Shown piece after piece: positions 20,301-28,680 of a stretch of 51,270 nt of DNA. A program made the position numbers and the translations under genes. The DNA lies in contig JBDREC010000064.1 in the NCBI GenBank assembly GCA_043820105.1, positions 1-51,270 of the forward strand, in the 5' to 3' direction. Origin of the DNA: Pseudomonadota bacterium. GTDB lineage: Bacteria > Bdellovibrionota_F > JAHFAK01 > JBDREC01. Position 1 is the first letter of the stretch. Each line of letters starts with the position of its first letter. Below the pieces are notes generated by a model that saw only the letters and a program-made list of their open reading frames with translations, did not search any database and had not been told where the DNA came from.

Positions 20301-22872
20301 CTTCTAACATTTGCTCAAAATCACCAAATCTTTTAGTAGCAGCTATTAACATGTCACCTAAGGAGCCAGCATACAATAAAGCTTCTTTATATGTTAATTT
20401 ATTATTTGTTTCAGCTAGGCGAGCATCAAGGACCTTGTCAAAATCTTTTTCAAGCTGCCATCTATATTTTTTTGCACGGCCCGAAGCTAATCTATATAAT
20501 AGTTGCCAGGCTAAAATCTTATTAGCTGATAAATCTTCTAAACTTCCAATAGCTATTTCTGGCGTTATATTTTCTTCATCCCAGGAATAACCTGCTTGTT
20601 CCCATGTTTCTTCTGAAAATTTTGCACTAAATTCTTCTATGTTATCTCTTTCCACTAATGGTCTGATTATATCTTCGCCATATAGGCTTCCAACTACAGC
20701 ATAATATGCTCTTGGATTTTTAGCATATAAGGATTCTTCTGCTGAAGAAGCAGCCTCTGTATCTCCTGTTTCTTGAGCTATAGCAAGGGTTGAAAGGAAG
20801 TTTTGTACATCTAACATAGCTTCTTCATAAGCGACTTCAGCCTGCTTTTCAACATCATTAATTGATCTTGCCATTCTTTGTAAGATGGGAAGTTGTGAGT
20901 AAAATATATTTTCAATAGCAGCTTTTTTGTTTTCAAGATCTTCATCAGAATAAAGAGAAAGGTTCAACATTTCATATCTTAGCTTTTCAGCCATGCTTGT
21001 GGAAACTTGGGCAGCGATTGAGTAAAATGATTGAGCTAAGACATTTTCATTTAGTTCAACAAGTGTTTCTGCGATTATATTAAAAGTATTCGCTGTTAAA
21101 GATTTTTCAACTTCATTGTTTCTTAAACCAAAAATATTTCCTAAAATTAACAAAACTTCTTTAAATAATACTTCTCTTGACGAAATTAAGTTAGTTTCAG
21201 CAATTGATAATTTTGATCTGGCAGCATCTTCAACTCTAGAAGCTGCTGATATTCTTTGTGTATCTTCTAATGTATGGCTGAGTCCTGATTCTGATTGAGA
21301 GTAACCTTGGCTTTCATGAATAGCATTATTTGTTTCTATTAAAGCTTTGGCAAAAGCTAGGTCAGCTTCAAAATATTCTTTAGTATTAATATCTATTTTT
21401 TGTTGAAAATAGATTGCTTTAACAATGTTTCTGAGAGATTCAACAATTGCATCTGTTGAATCACCTTTTAGACTTTCTTCAAGCATAGATCGTGCAATTG
21501 AGAAATCATTTTCTCTTTGATTATCTGAAATTTTAGAAATATCATCTTCATTACTAGTTAATGGACTTTCTATTGGACTAAAGCATAACTGATCTGTAAC
21601 ACATTCATCATAATCTGTTTCAGATGCAAGATTTCCTGTATCATTTTCCTTGCCAGCAAGATAGGAGACTATTTCAGGGCTTGTTTTTCCTTTTGTATAA
21701 GAATAAATGTTTCCCTCTGATAGAAGTTTAATACTGTTATGTCCAAATGAAAAAATTTGTGCTTTGTTGGGAAGAGAAATCCAATCATTTGAATTTGAAA
21801 ATTTTATCCTTGGTAAAATAAGTTCTGGGCCATTCATATCTTGAAAATAAAATAAAGCACCATTTGAAAACTCAATTGCAAAATAACCGTGTTCATCGCT
21901 CTCTTGGCTTAGTTTTATATATTTTAATCCAGTAATATCAATTTCTTTTAATTCATCTAAAAAGCTTTTATTTTGTAGTAATTTGTTTAAAACAATAATA
22001 TTTTCTGTAATTCCTTGTAAGATAGAAATGTTAGATGTCTGACCAGAGTTTTCATTGTTTTCTAGTTTTAATTGAGTGTTAATTAAGGTATTAGCATTTA
22101 CAAAATACGGAAGTGAATCAAGTCCAACAAATGATCCTGAAAAATAATAATCAGTAAGTATGCTTGTATCAAACTCATTGAGCATTACATATTCACAGGT
22201 TTTTTGACCATTTTCAGAAAAAATAGCATTATATTGAACATCATGATTTGCATAGCCATCATCATAATCTAATTTAGGCAAAGTTTTGTGATTGATTAAA
22301 AATGGAATTTTCTCTTCGTCAAAAACTATTGTTGAAACTTGTTGACCAACATCATGACCAGCAATTTCATCATATAAAAATATTCTAATTTTATTTTTAA
22401 ATGTTTTAATTGATAGATTATAGCCAAATGGAAGGTGATCCATGGCAAATCCCGAAATATAAGAAGGATCAATTTCTAAATAACCTTCATCTGCCTGTAT
22501 TTTATAAGCATATGTCTGTTCATGCCTGTTTATTTTAAAAACAGAATCTAGGTCTAAATCTGTGATTTCCTGATCATTCATACCAGCTTGCAAAAAATAG
22601 CTTTCAATAATCGAAATTAAAGCATTATAAGGGTCTATTTCAACGATTTGATTTTTCAAGCTTAAATCAAGGTTATAATATGGATTCAAGAATTCGAAGT
22701 TAAAAATAGAATTTGATAGACTAGCTTTTGAATCCTCAAGTGAAAACAGAGGATTGCTATATTTGATTTCAAGCACTTCATCATTAGATGAAATAGAAAC
22801 ATTTACCTGAGAATAAAGATTTGTTGCAAAAAAAGTTAAGGCAACAAGCAAATATAGTTTTTTTAATTTCAT
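17356..22872 (-). CDS. Very large exported protein of unknown function (1838 aa)
   Basis: Signal peptide, helical Ala/Glu-rich middle, Gly/Ala-rich hydrophobic segments; no catalytic motif recognised. Confidence 0.8.
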   Translation of the reverse strand: MKLKKLYLLVALTFFATNLYSQVNVSISSNDEVLEIKYSNPLFSLEDSKASLSNSIFNFEFLNPYYNLDLSLKNQIVEIDPYNALISIIESYFLQAGMNDQEITDLDLDSVFKINRHEQTYAYKIQADEGYLEIDPSYISGFAMDHLPFGYNLSIKTFKNKIRIFLYDEIAGHDVGQQVSTIVFDEEKIPFLINHKTLPKLDYDDGYANHDVQYNAIFSENGQKTCEYVMLNEFDTSILTDYYFSGSFVGLDSLPYFVNANTLINTQLKLENNENSGQTSNISILQGITENIIVLNKLLQNKSFLDELKEIDITGLKYIKLSQESDEHGYFAIEFSNGALFYFQDMNGPELILPRIKFSNSNDWISLPNKAQIFSFGHNSIKLLSEGNIYSYTKGKTSPEIVSYLAGKENDTGNLASETDYDECVTDQLCFSPIESPLTSNEDDISKISDNQRENDFSIARSMLEESLKGDSTDAIVESLRNIVKAIYFQQKIDINTKEYFEADLAFAKALIETNNAIHESQGYSQSESGLSHTLEDTQRISAASRVEDAARSKLSIAETNLISSREVLFKEVLLILGNIFGLRNNEVEKSLTANTFNIIAETLVELNENVLAQSFYSIAAQVSTSMAEKLRYEMLNLSLYSDEDLENKKAAIENIFYSQLPILQRMARSINDVEKQAEVAYEEAMLDVQNFLSTLAIAQETGDTEAASSAEESLYAKNPRAYYAVVGSLYGEDIIRPLVERDNIEEFSAKFSEETWEQAGYSWDEENITPEIAIGSLEDLSANKILAWQLLYRLASGRAKKYRWQLEKDFDKVLDARLAETNNKLTYKEALLYAGSLGDMLIAATKRFGDFEQMLEAGDDAQKRFEIISNRFNKITNYALGPYVIEEEGNPFYEMEATLALRLYYHGTMALHDYPNAINVQLPFLIDNYGNTETIKANLFALNNLYPQHFSGNCLLIGQDFSKEDIGLEAASREEAMFMTTEEIKYIFINIGAGMGGGVAGCAIAGGTTLVATKNPAFATGACEVGAFVGGGLAAGSMNKYNINKRLREHAPEIQRARQAGISLVSAQEAERYRSGAALSTALEYIFGGFYGRVGLGITKMGLAVVNQAITSALSFDIALTGFDLMGGLPTAERVVAEKAGQQISKSIFSRFIYLPNGTKAIYAGGILMAADYFSIDNISIERKRDDSGKRRTIPSVEIDWDADYHIDTIAGVAGALLLTGGTGIRLIQSPQFRAKFGRFMIGNEFKTRYDPVMSLDAETFKNTFWNRLLVRYGWFDPVDGAMKFAGTKGVISFPFNVIVGNAEKISVPMLVGDFTYQQFVMDEEWFEENGIEKTPQLSIVGGLGLALAAGNRFPIHFLGLRPSGQRLYFISDRILDMYTMWTSGNKNFLEADWARIGLKYTSGWSVGQVRGKALYYSIARNFDNKFVKSIVLKSNGFASASRVFANIDPQERSTLSKLLKYTHPFKCNITVSASGDILRGSKVVASLSAQEQRQVASLLSKGGHTNYGQLFKNGQTEIAIIADAKLNATGLAAFAILHDPVIGTSYDYIRGEYIIFGDGEGYAKWTFYRTPILFPRTMIKGTLGVDKFGAVIVDFLPRMIVDPYITNWTRIYAKSSLWWPHFDDALEGDTDKLMEFMVGDSEYSANGIDSWNSDHNVIPYLKRTLPHKPKVNTFADGYRTLTEKLLDNKMNPENLKAFDVLISELIGEVRSDMENGVIRDNAQERIEHAEILSAVAYTVHHDNPTAFSETFSVHGQWIDHLLGEKKPVSPDDIAELATLIGEYTTIGDKGEIMQPVPFVGSFFKGIDGRSMGYQLDEEGNIDFKTPDDNWPMLVIE

Positions 22873-23020
22873 ACATTAGTTCCCTGTATCTAGTTTAGTA
22901 AATCAAGTCATAATAAAAAACCATCTGTATAATATAGTGCCCAAAAAGCCATTTCAAATGAAAATCATCGCAACTAGGCGAGAATAAAGATCAAATTTTC
23001 AATGTCTACTATATCGCTTC

Positions 23021-23036
23021 TGCAATAATTATGCCA
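23021..23036 (-). promoter_or_regulatory. Sigma-54 promoter for the 1838-aa gene
   Basis: Minus strand TGGCATAATTATTGCA, ~150 nt upstream of the start and correctly oriented. Confidence 0.72.
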
Positions 23037-23156
23037 TGGCACTTCTATAAATAAATCTTTTAAAGTCAATATGTTATTATAATAAAATTGAATGACTGGG
23101 AAATGGATTCTTGAAAATGGTAATTTTTGGGGAAAGCTTGTCCCAGAAATGAGAAT

Positions 23157-23188
23157 AAGGGAACAAGGGAACAAGGGAACAAGGGAAG
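23157..23188. repeat. Octamer array (AAGGGAAC)x3, AAGGGAAG
   Basis: Read directly. Confidence 0.85.
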
Positions 23189-23203
23189 AGGGGGACGTTT
23201 TGA

Positions 23204-23833
23204 TTACTTGGCTATTGTTAATAAATCATTCATGTTTTTCAGAATGTAGTTAGCTTTTGTATTTGTTTTATCACTCATTGTCCAATATACTAGGCAGGTT
23301 TTAACTGATGCATTTATTCCTGCTTCTATGTCGTGTTCATTGTCACCGACCATTAGGGTTTTTTGTTTTTGTGAATTGAAGAATTTTAGAGCTTTTAATA
23401 TTCCTTCTGGATTTGGTTTTGCTTCTTCAACATCATCAGCTCCAAGGATAATAGCAAAATGTTTGTCAATACCAGTAACTTTTAGACCTCTTAAGACGGT
23501 GTCATGAATTTTGGAGCTTATGATACCCATTTTTATATTTAAGCTAGATAGTTTTTCAAGACCTTCTGCAACACCTGGAAATAGCTTAATCTCATCATCG
23601 TGATGTGCTAAATTGTATGATTTATAACATTCGACCATTTCATCAGTTTTTTCAGGTAGTATTTGATCAAATATTTGCCAAAGAGTATAACCAGTAAAGC
23701 TAACAATTTCTGAAGCTGAAAAAGACTTTTCAGGTAGAAATTTATTAAAAGTATGTTGATATGATTTTATAATTAATCCAATTGAATCAATTAAGGTTCC
23801 ATCTAGGTCAAAGAGTATGGTGTTTATTGTCAC
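23204..23833 (-). CDS. ppaX: HAD-family pyrophosphatase PpaX-like
   Basis: ILFDLDGTLIDS, YNLAHHD, KPNPE and MVGDNEHD motifs; GTG start. Confidence 0.8.
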   Translation of the reverse strand: MTINTILFDLDGTLIDSIGLIIKSYQHTFNKFLPEKSFSASEIVSFTGYTLWQIFDQILPEKTDEMVECYKSYNLAHHDDEIKLFPGVAEGLEKLSSLNIKMGIISSKIHDTVLRGLKVTGIDKHFAIILGADDVEEAKPNPEGILKALKFFNSQKQKTLMVGDNEHDIEAGINASVKTCLVYWTMSDKTNTKANYILKNMNDLLTIAK

Positions 23834-23849
23834 AAATAGAATCCAAAAG

Positions 23850-23922
23850 AGTATTCGGTATTCAGTATTCGGTATTCAGTGTTGTTAAGTACTGAATACT
23901 GATTACAGAATACTAAATACCA
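23850..23922. repeat. Two inverted blocks of AATAC(T/C)(G/A)-type heptamers
   Basis: AGTATTC/GGTATTC units at 23850-23884, then AGTACTG, AATACTG, ATTACAG, AATACTA, AATACCA at 23888-23922. Confidence 0.85.
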
Positions 23923-23994
23923 AATTAATAGTGACAAACTTTTAACATTCCTTAATATCAAATCAACAAAATTATTCAGAGGTAATTTTTTTTA

Positions 23995-25074
23995 ATGACT
24001 ACAAAATTATATTTTTTTGTTCTTTTATTTCTTATTTATTTTATTGCTTCATGTTCAATGCATACTGGTTTCAAACAGGATAAAAAGGATTTTTTTTCAG
24101 TTAAAGCAGATCTTGAAACAGATCCTGTTGAAAGCTCCGGGGACGCGGCTGATGATCCGGCAATTTGGATTCATCCAACAGACAAAACAAAATCATTGAT
24201 AATTGGAACTGATAAGAAAAAGGGTTTAGCTATTTATAACTTAAAGGGAAAACTTCTAAATTTCCACTCTGTAGGTAAGATAAACAATGTTGATTTAAGA
24301 TATGGATTTAAGCTAGGCGATCGTGTGATTGATATCGTTGGAGGAAGTGACAGAACAAATAAGGCCATTGCTTTATTTGAGCTTGATGCAGAAAAAAATG
24401 AACTTGTAAATATTGCAGCTAGAAAAATTAAAGTTAAAATGAAGTTTCTATATGGTTTTACCATGGCATATGATAAGAAAAATAATAAGCATTATGCCAT
24501 TGGAGTAGGAAAGCTAGGTGATGTTGAGCAATACGAGCTTTTTGATAATGGTAAGGGTAAAATAGATGCAAGGCTTGTTAGGTTCTTTGATGTTGGGGGT
24601 TGCTCAGAGGGAATGACAGTTGACGATGAGCTTGGCAATCTTTATATTGCAGAAGAGGGCAAAGGGATTTGGAAAATTTCTGCATATCCTAATGGAGGCA
24701 AGAAAAAAGAATTAATAGATAGTTTAGAGAATAAGAATTTAGAAAAAGATTTAGAAGGTGTTACGATATACAAGAAAAATGAAAAAGAAGGATATTTAAT
24801 TGTTTCTAGCCAAGGTAACAATTCTTTTGCTTTATATGACAGGCAAGTTCCACATAAATATTTTGGAAGTTTCAAGATTATAGATGGAGAAAAAGTTGAT
24901 GGAGTCAATGATACAGATGGAATTGAGGTAACATGCGAAAGTATTTTGCCAGATTTCCCAAAAGGTTTTTTAGTTGTTCAAGATGGTAAAAATAAAGATG
25001 GTGATAAAAAATTAAATCAGAATTTTAAAATAGTTTCCTGGTCTAAAATATCCAGTATCTTAAATCTTAACTAG
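23995..25074 (+). CDS. Beta-propeller 3-phytase (lipoprotein)
   Basis: DAADDPAIWIHP, NNVDLRY, DLEG, SSQGNNSF, DTDG, QDG and NQNFK motifs; lipobox IASC. Confidence 0.93.
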   Translation: MTTKLYFFVLLFLIYFIASCSMHTGFKQDKKDFFSVKADLETDPVESSGDAADDPAIWIHPTDKTKSLIIGTDKKKGLAIYNLKGKLLNFHSVGKINNVDLRYGFKLGDRVIDIVGGSDRTNKAIALFELDAEKNELVNIAARKIKVKMKFLYGFTMAYDKKNNKHYAIGVGKLGDVEQYELFDNGKGKIDARLVRFFDVGGCSEGMTVDDELGNLYIAEEGKGIWKISAYPNGGKKKELIDSLENKNLEKDLEGVTIYKKNEKEGYLIVSSQGNNSFALYDRQVPHKYFGSFKIIDGEKVDGVNDTDGIEVTCESILPDFPKGFLVVQDGKNKDGDKKLNQNFKIVSWSKISSILNLN

Positions 25075-25090
25075 CTTCTTCTGTTAAGGT

Positions 25091-25279
25091 ATTAATTGTT
25101 AATTATTATTTATTAATTATTGGTTATTTTAAATTCAACTATTCACAAAACAAAAATTTTCAATAATCAACAAGCAATTTTCAATTCTCAATTTGAATTT
25201 ATGAAATCACATAGAAGTCTATAATGATATTTTTTAGGACTTAAATAGCTGAAAGCTGATAGCTTATGGCTGTAAGCTA
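25091..25279. repeat. Several degenerate heptamer runs (ATTAATT-, AATAATC/AATTCTC- and ATAGCTG-type)
   Basis: 7-nt periodic blocks at ~25091-25128, 25162-25189 and 25245-25279. Confidence 0.6.
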
Positions 25280-25284
25280 TCTTT

Positions 25285-27198
25285 CTAACTACATACATGC
25301 TCCTGACAATAAGCCATACAATCCATCTTTTCTAAGCCTTGTTCTTCACATTCTTTTGGAGGACCATCTCCATGTTCCATTTCATCGTGTTCTCCACCAA
25401 ATTCACATTCACCTGGATTATCCATACAAAAGGTGTCGCATTCATCTGGACTTAAACCAAAGCAAGGATCTTGTTCATCGCCCATCATGTCTTGCATTTC
25501 TTCACCATCATATTCCATGTGGTCGTCCATTTCCATTTCATCACAACTATGTTCTTTAAAACCTTCGTTTTTCATAAGTTTTTCTTCCAGTTCCATGCAT
25601 GGCATCATTGCTTCTTCAAAATCAGCTTTTGTATGAGTAGTTTCTACTTCCATGTCTTCGGGTTTATCAGGTTTTATAACAACAAATTCTTCTGCTGTAC
25701 AATCCCAATTTCTTGAAAAGGCATCTGAATAGTCTTCTCTTGTAATAAGTTCTTGCTCTAATACTGTTTCATAAAATTCAGATGCTCCATGAGCTATAAT
25801 TGTAAATGCTTGTTCTTTATCTCCTAAACTATCTTCGATATTTTGAATTTCAAATGATTCAATATCATTTTCATCAACAGAACAAGTAGGATCAGCTTCT
25901 TCACTAGTACTTTCTGCTACAGTAATAATTTCACCTTCTTCGCCTTTTTCAAAGCATAAATAAATTTCAAAAACTGTATCATCATTAACAGGAACTCCTA
26001 ATTGTGCTTCCCACTCAGCATAAATATCTTCAAGATCTTTATCTTCAGCACTTGCTTCTTCCATGGCCTTATATTCTTCTTCCATGAGTTCTTCAGGGCC
26101 AAAAATCATTTCTGATAATTGCATAGCAGGAAGAACGCCCTTAAATGCAAATTTAGCTGTACCAGTATTTGAGAAACCACCAAATTTTGCATAAGTACCA
26201 GATTCAATATCTTCATATTCATTTTTTGCAAGGAAAGCTCCATAGACTATATTACTTAAGTCTTCAGCATAGGCTTCAAAATTTATGGAACCTTTTCCAT
26301 GTCCACCATTGAATAAGGCTTTAACTTTAGCATAACCATCTTCACCCAAGTCTGGAATACTATCCTCAACAGATTCTGCTTTAATTGTGGCTGAAAGACT
26401 CATTGATTCTGCTTTGCCATCAAATTCACCTTTTCTTATAACACTTGCAGTATATATGTTATCAGCTAAAGAAGCAGTAAATTCTGAAACTAGTTTTGGT
26501 GTAGAACCCTCACAAAAATCAATTCTAAGTTCTTCTGTTGCATCATCTTTTGTAAATTTTCCAATTCGAGCCATAACAATACCATCTTTAGGTCCATGTT
26601 CTTCATCTTCTTCCATATCTTTATCTTCATCTTCTGTACCTTCTTTGTCAGCTGCTGATTCTTCTTCTTGAGTTTTTACTTCATCCATGTCTGCATCTTC
26701 CATTACAGTTTCTTCTTCCATTTCCATTTTAGGCACAAATATTTTATAATAATTATAATCATCTGCTGGAATTGAAATAAGTCCAAGTTTCTCCATTCCA
26801 TCAAAATAACATCTATCTAATTGAATTTTCTGACTTATTCTTATTGCTTCTTGTTTATGAACATTAGCTTCACAGCCTGCTCTTGAAAAAGTTCCTATAG
26901 CACCAAACATCATATCATCAGGTTCTTTTGCACCATCAATATCTTCTTCATCATGCATTGTGCCAGCTTCTTGTTTTTTCAAAAAGGCACTATCATTAGA
27001 AGAGGAGGATTGGTTTGAGAGATCCAAGTTTGAAAGATCCATTGAAGGAATAGCTGATAAAAAACTTAATGTTGGTACTGTGTCCTCACGTTCCTCGCCT
27101 GTGCCATCTCCACCTGAAAAGAGATCCCCAAAGTTTGAGCAAGAAAACATGAATAATGATAAGAACATGATAACTAGAATTATGAATGATTTTTTCAT
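25285..27198 (-). CDS. Highly acidic, Met-rich lipoprotein with Cys-rich C-terminus, function unknown
   Basis: Lipobox-like FSC; strong AGGAGG RBS; abundant D/E; C-terminal ECDTFCMDNPGEC and DCMAYCQEHVC. Confidence 0.82.
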   Translation of the reverse strand: MKKSFIILVIMFLSLFMFSCSNFGDLFSGGDGTGEEREDTVPTLSFLSAIPSMDLSNLDLSNQSSSSNDSAFLKKQEAGTMHDEEDIDGAKEPDDMMFGAIGTFSRAGCEANVHKQEAIRISQKIQLDRCYFDGMEKLGLISIPADDYNYYKIFVPKMEMEEETVMEDADMDEVKTQEEESAADKEGTEDEDKDMEEDEEHGPKDGIVMARIGKFTKDDATEELRIDFCEGSTPKLVSEFTASLADNIYTASVIRKGEFDGKAESMSLSATIKAESVEDSIPDLGEDGYAKVKALFNGGHGKGSINFEAYAEDLSNIVYGAFLAKNEYEDIESGTYAKFGGFSNTGTAKFAFKGVLPAMQLSEMIFGPEELMEEEYKAMEEASAEDKDLEDIYAEWEAQLGVPVNDDTVFEIYLCFEKGEEGEIITVAESTSEEADPTCSVDENDIESFEIQNIEDSLGDKEQAFTIIAHGASEFYETVLEQELITREDYSDAFSRNWDCTAEEFVVIKPDKPEDMEVETTHTKADFEEAMMPCMELEEKLMKNEGFKEHSCDEMEMDDHMEYDGEEMQDMMGDEQDPCFGLSPDECDTFCMDNPGECEFGGEHDEMEHGDGPPKECEEQGLEKMDCMAYCQEHVCS

Positions 27199-27277
27199 AA
27201 CCCCCTCCTAAATAGAATTAATAATGGGTTAGTCGATAATACCTCTTTAGTAAAACCCAGATTTACTATTCTATCAT

Positions 27278-27321
27278 ATTATAATATTAAATGCTAGATA
27301 GCTGCAGTGATTTGTGTCACT
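27278..27321 (-). promoter_or_regulatory. CRP/FNR-type palindrome with a TATAAT -10 (class II-like geometry)
   Basis: AGTGA-N6-TCACT at 27306-27321; minus-strand TATAAT at 27278-27283. Confidence 0.45.
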
Positions 27322-27357
27322 ATGTTTTATTTTATTATATAATTTTGCTAAATCACT

Positions 27358-28293
27358 TTAAAAGGGAGTATTATTTCCCAGATGACATTTAATTTCATTT
27401 TCTAGAAAAATATCTTTAATTTTCTCTGTTATGTCATTATTTGGAAGAGGGCTTAGCGCTGATTTATCTTTTAAAAGTAAAGACTTATACTTTGATTCTC
27501 CAAAATTATGAAATGGAAGGATATTTATTTCGTTTTTGCCAATTTGCTTAAGAAACATAGCTGTTTTGATAATATTCTCTTTTCCATCATTATAAAAAGG
27601 TATTAAGGGAAATCTAAAAATTAGTTCTAAATTTGAAAAAGCGGCCAATTTTTTTGCATTTTCTAATATTAAAACATTTGAGGAGCCTGTTCCCTTGATG
27701 TGCATTGAATTGTCCATATGTTTTAAGTCAAAGAAAATAAAATTTATATATGGTAAAATATTTTCAAAAATTGACCATTTAATATTTCCGCATGTTTCAA
27801 TTGCAGTATGAATATAAGCTACATGACATTTTTTCAAGAATTCATAGCAAAAATCATGCTGAATAAGGGGTTCTCCACCAGAGAGAGTAATTCCACCTGA
27901 TTTCCCCCAAAAATCGCGATCCCTATTTACAATTTTCATAAGTTCGTCTGAAGTTTTACAAAAACCAATTTTTGAAAGAGCGGAATAATTGCAAGATTCA
28001 ATACATTCATAGTTTTTGCAATCTTGGCAGTAATCTTTATTAATTATTAGATTATTTGTATTATTAGACTTTGAGATAGCTTTTTGCTCACATTTTTCAA
28101 TACATGCATTACATGTGCTCTGGCACTTATTTTCAAAAAACATTAAGTCATGTTTTTGGCTAATGCCTTCAGGGTTTGAGCACCAATAACAATTTAAATT
28201 GCATCCTTTTAAAAAGAAAACAGTTCTGCAACCAGGGCCATCATAAATCGAGAAACCTTGGATATCAAATAAAAATCCCTGAGTTTGAGTCAT
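27358..28293 (-). CDS. hpdA: Glycyl-radical enzyme activating enzyme (4-hydroxyphenylacetate decarboxylase activase)
   Basis: DGPGCRT, CNLNCYWCSNPE radical SAM motif, ferredoxin-like Cys insertion, SGGEP; third gene of the operon. Confidence 0.88.
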   Translation of the reverse strand: MTQTQGFLFDIQGFSIYDGPGCRTVFFLKGCNLNCYWCSNPEGISQKHDLMFFENKCQSTCNACIEKCEQKAISKSNNTNNLIINKDYCQDCKNYECIESCNYSALSKIGFCKTSDELMKIVNRDRDFWGKSGGITLSGGEPLIQHDFCYEFLKKCHVAYIHTAIETCGNIKWSIFENILPYINFIFFDLKHMDNSMHIKGTGSSNVLILENAKKLAAFSNLELIFRFPLIPFYNDGKENIIKTAMFLKQIGKNEINILPFHNFGESKYKSLLLKDKSALSPLPNNDITEKIKDIFLENEIKCHLGNNTPF

Positions 28294-28295
28294 GC

Positions 28296-28556
28296 TTATT
28301 GATTTTCTTTTTGTTCAAACATTTCACAGGTCTTTGCATTCAGATCAGGATAAGCTGTTTGTTTATCTTTACAAAGCCCAAGAAATTCATCTGTATATGT
28401 GTAATGAGCGCAAATTCTACAAGTCAGAGTCTTTTTAAAATCATTACAGGAAGCTTCATCAGCCAAAACATTTGCATTGTCATTGTTTCTACAAAAGCCT
28501 TTGAAAACATCAAGTGAAAGATAGTTTAAGCAATCTTTATGTTTTGTGTTCATCAA
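28296..28556 (-). CDS. hpdC: 4-hydroxyphenylacetate decarboxylase small Fe-S subunit
   Basis: 86 aa; HKDC...C...C and CRIC...C...C duplicated cluster pattern; lies between the GRE and its activase. Confidence 0.85.
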   Translation of the reverse strand: MMNTKHKDCLNYLSLDVFKGFCRNNDNANVLADEASCNDFKKTLTCRICAHYTYTDEFLGLCKDKQTAYPDLNAKTCEMFEQKENQ

Positions 28557-28602
28557 TAATCCTTAATTGGTTTATTTAAACTTTATATATTTTATGTTCG
28601 TT

Positions 28603-28680
28603 CACGTTTACGTTTACGAGCACGTTCACGAGCACGAGCACGAGCACGTTTTATTGCCAGTAACCAGCGACCAGCAACTA
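28603..28680. repeat. Hexamer array (C/T)ACG(TT/AG) x8 followed by ACCAGC(G/A)-type heptamers
   Basis: Read directly in the hpdB-hpdC gap. Confidence 0.85.

Noticed and set aside
22974-23174. 66-aa ORF upstream of the 1838-aa gene
   Set aside because: Starts inside the octamer repeat, spans the sigma-54 promoter, and has no RBS or recognisable features.
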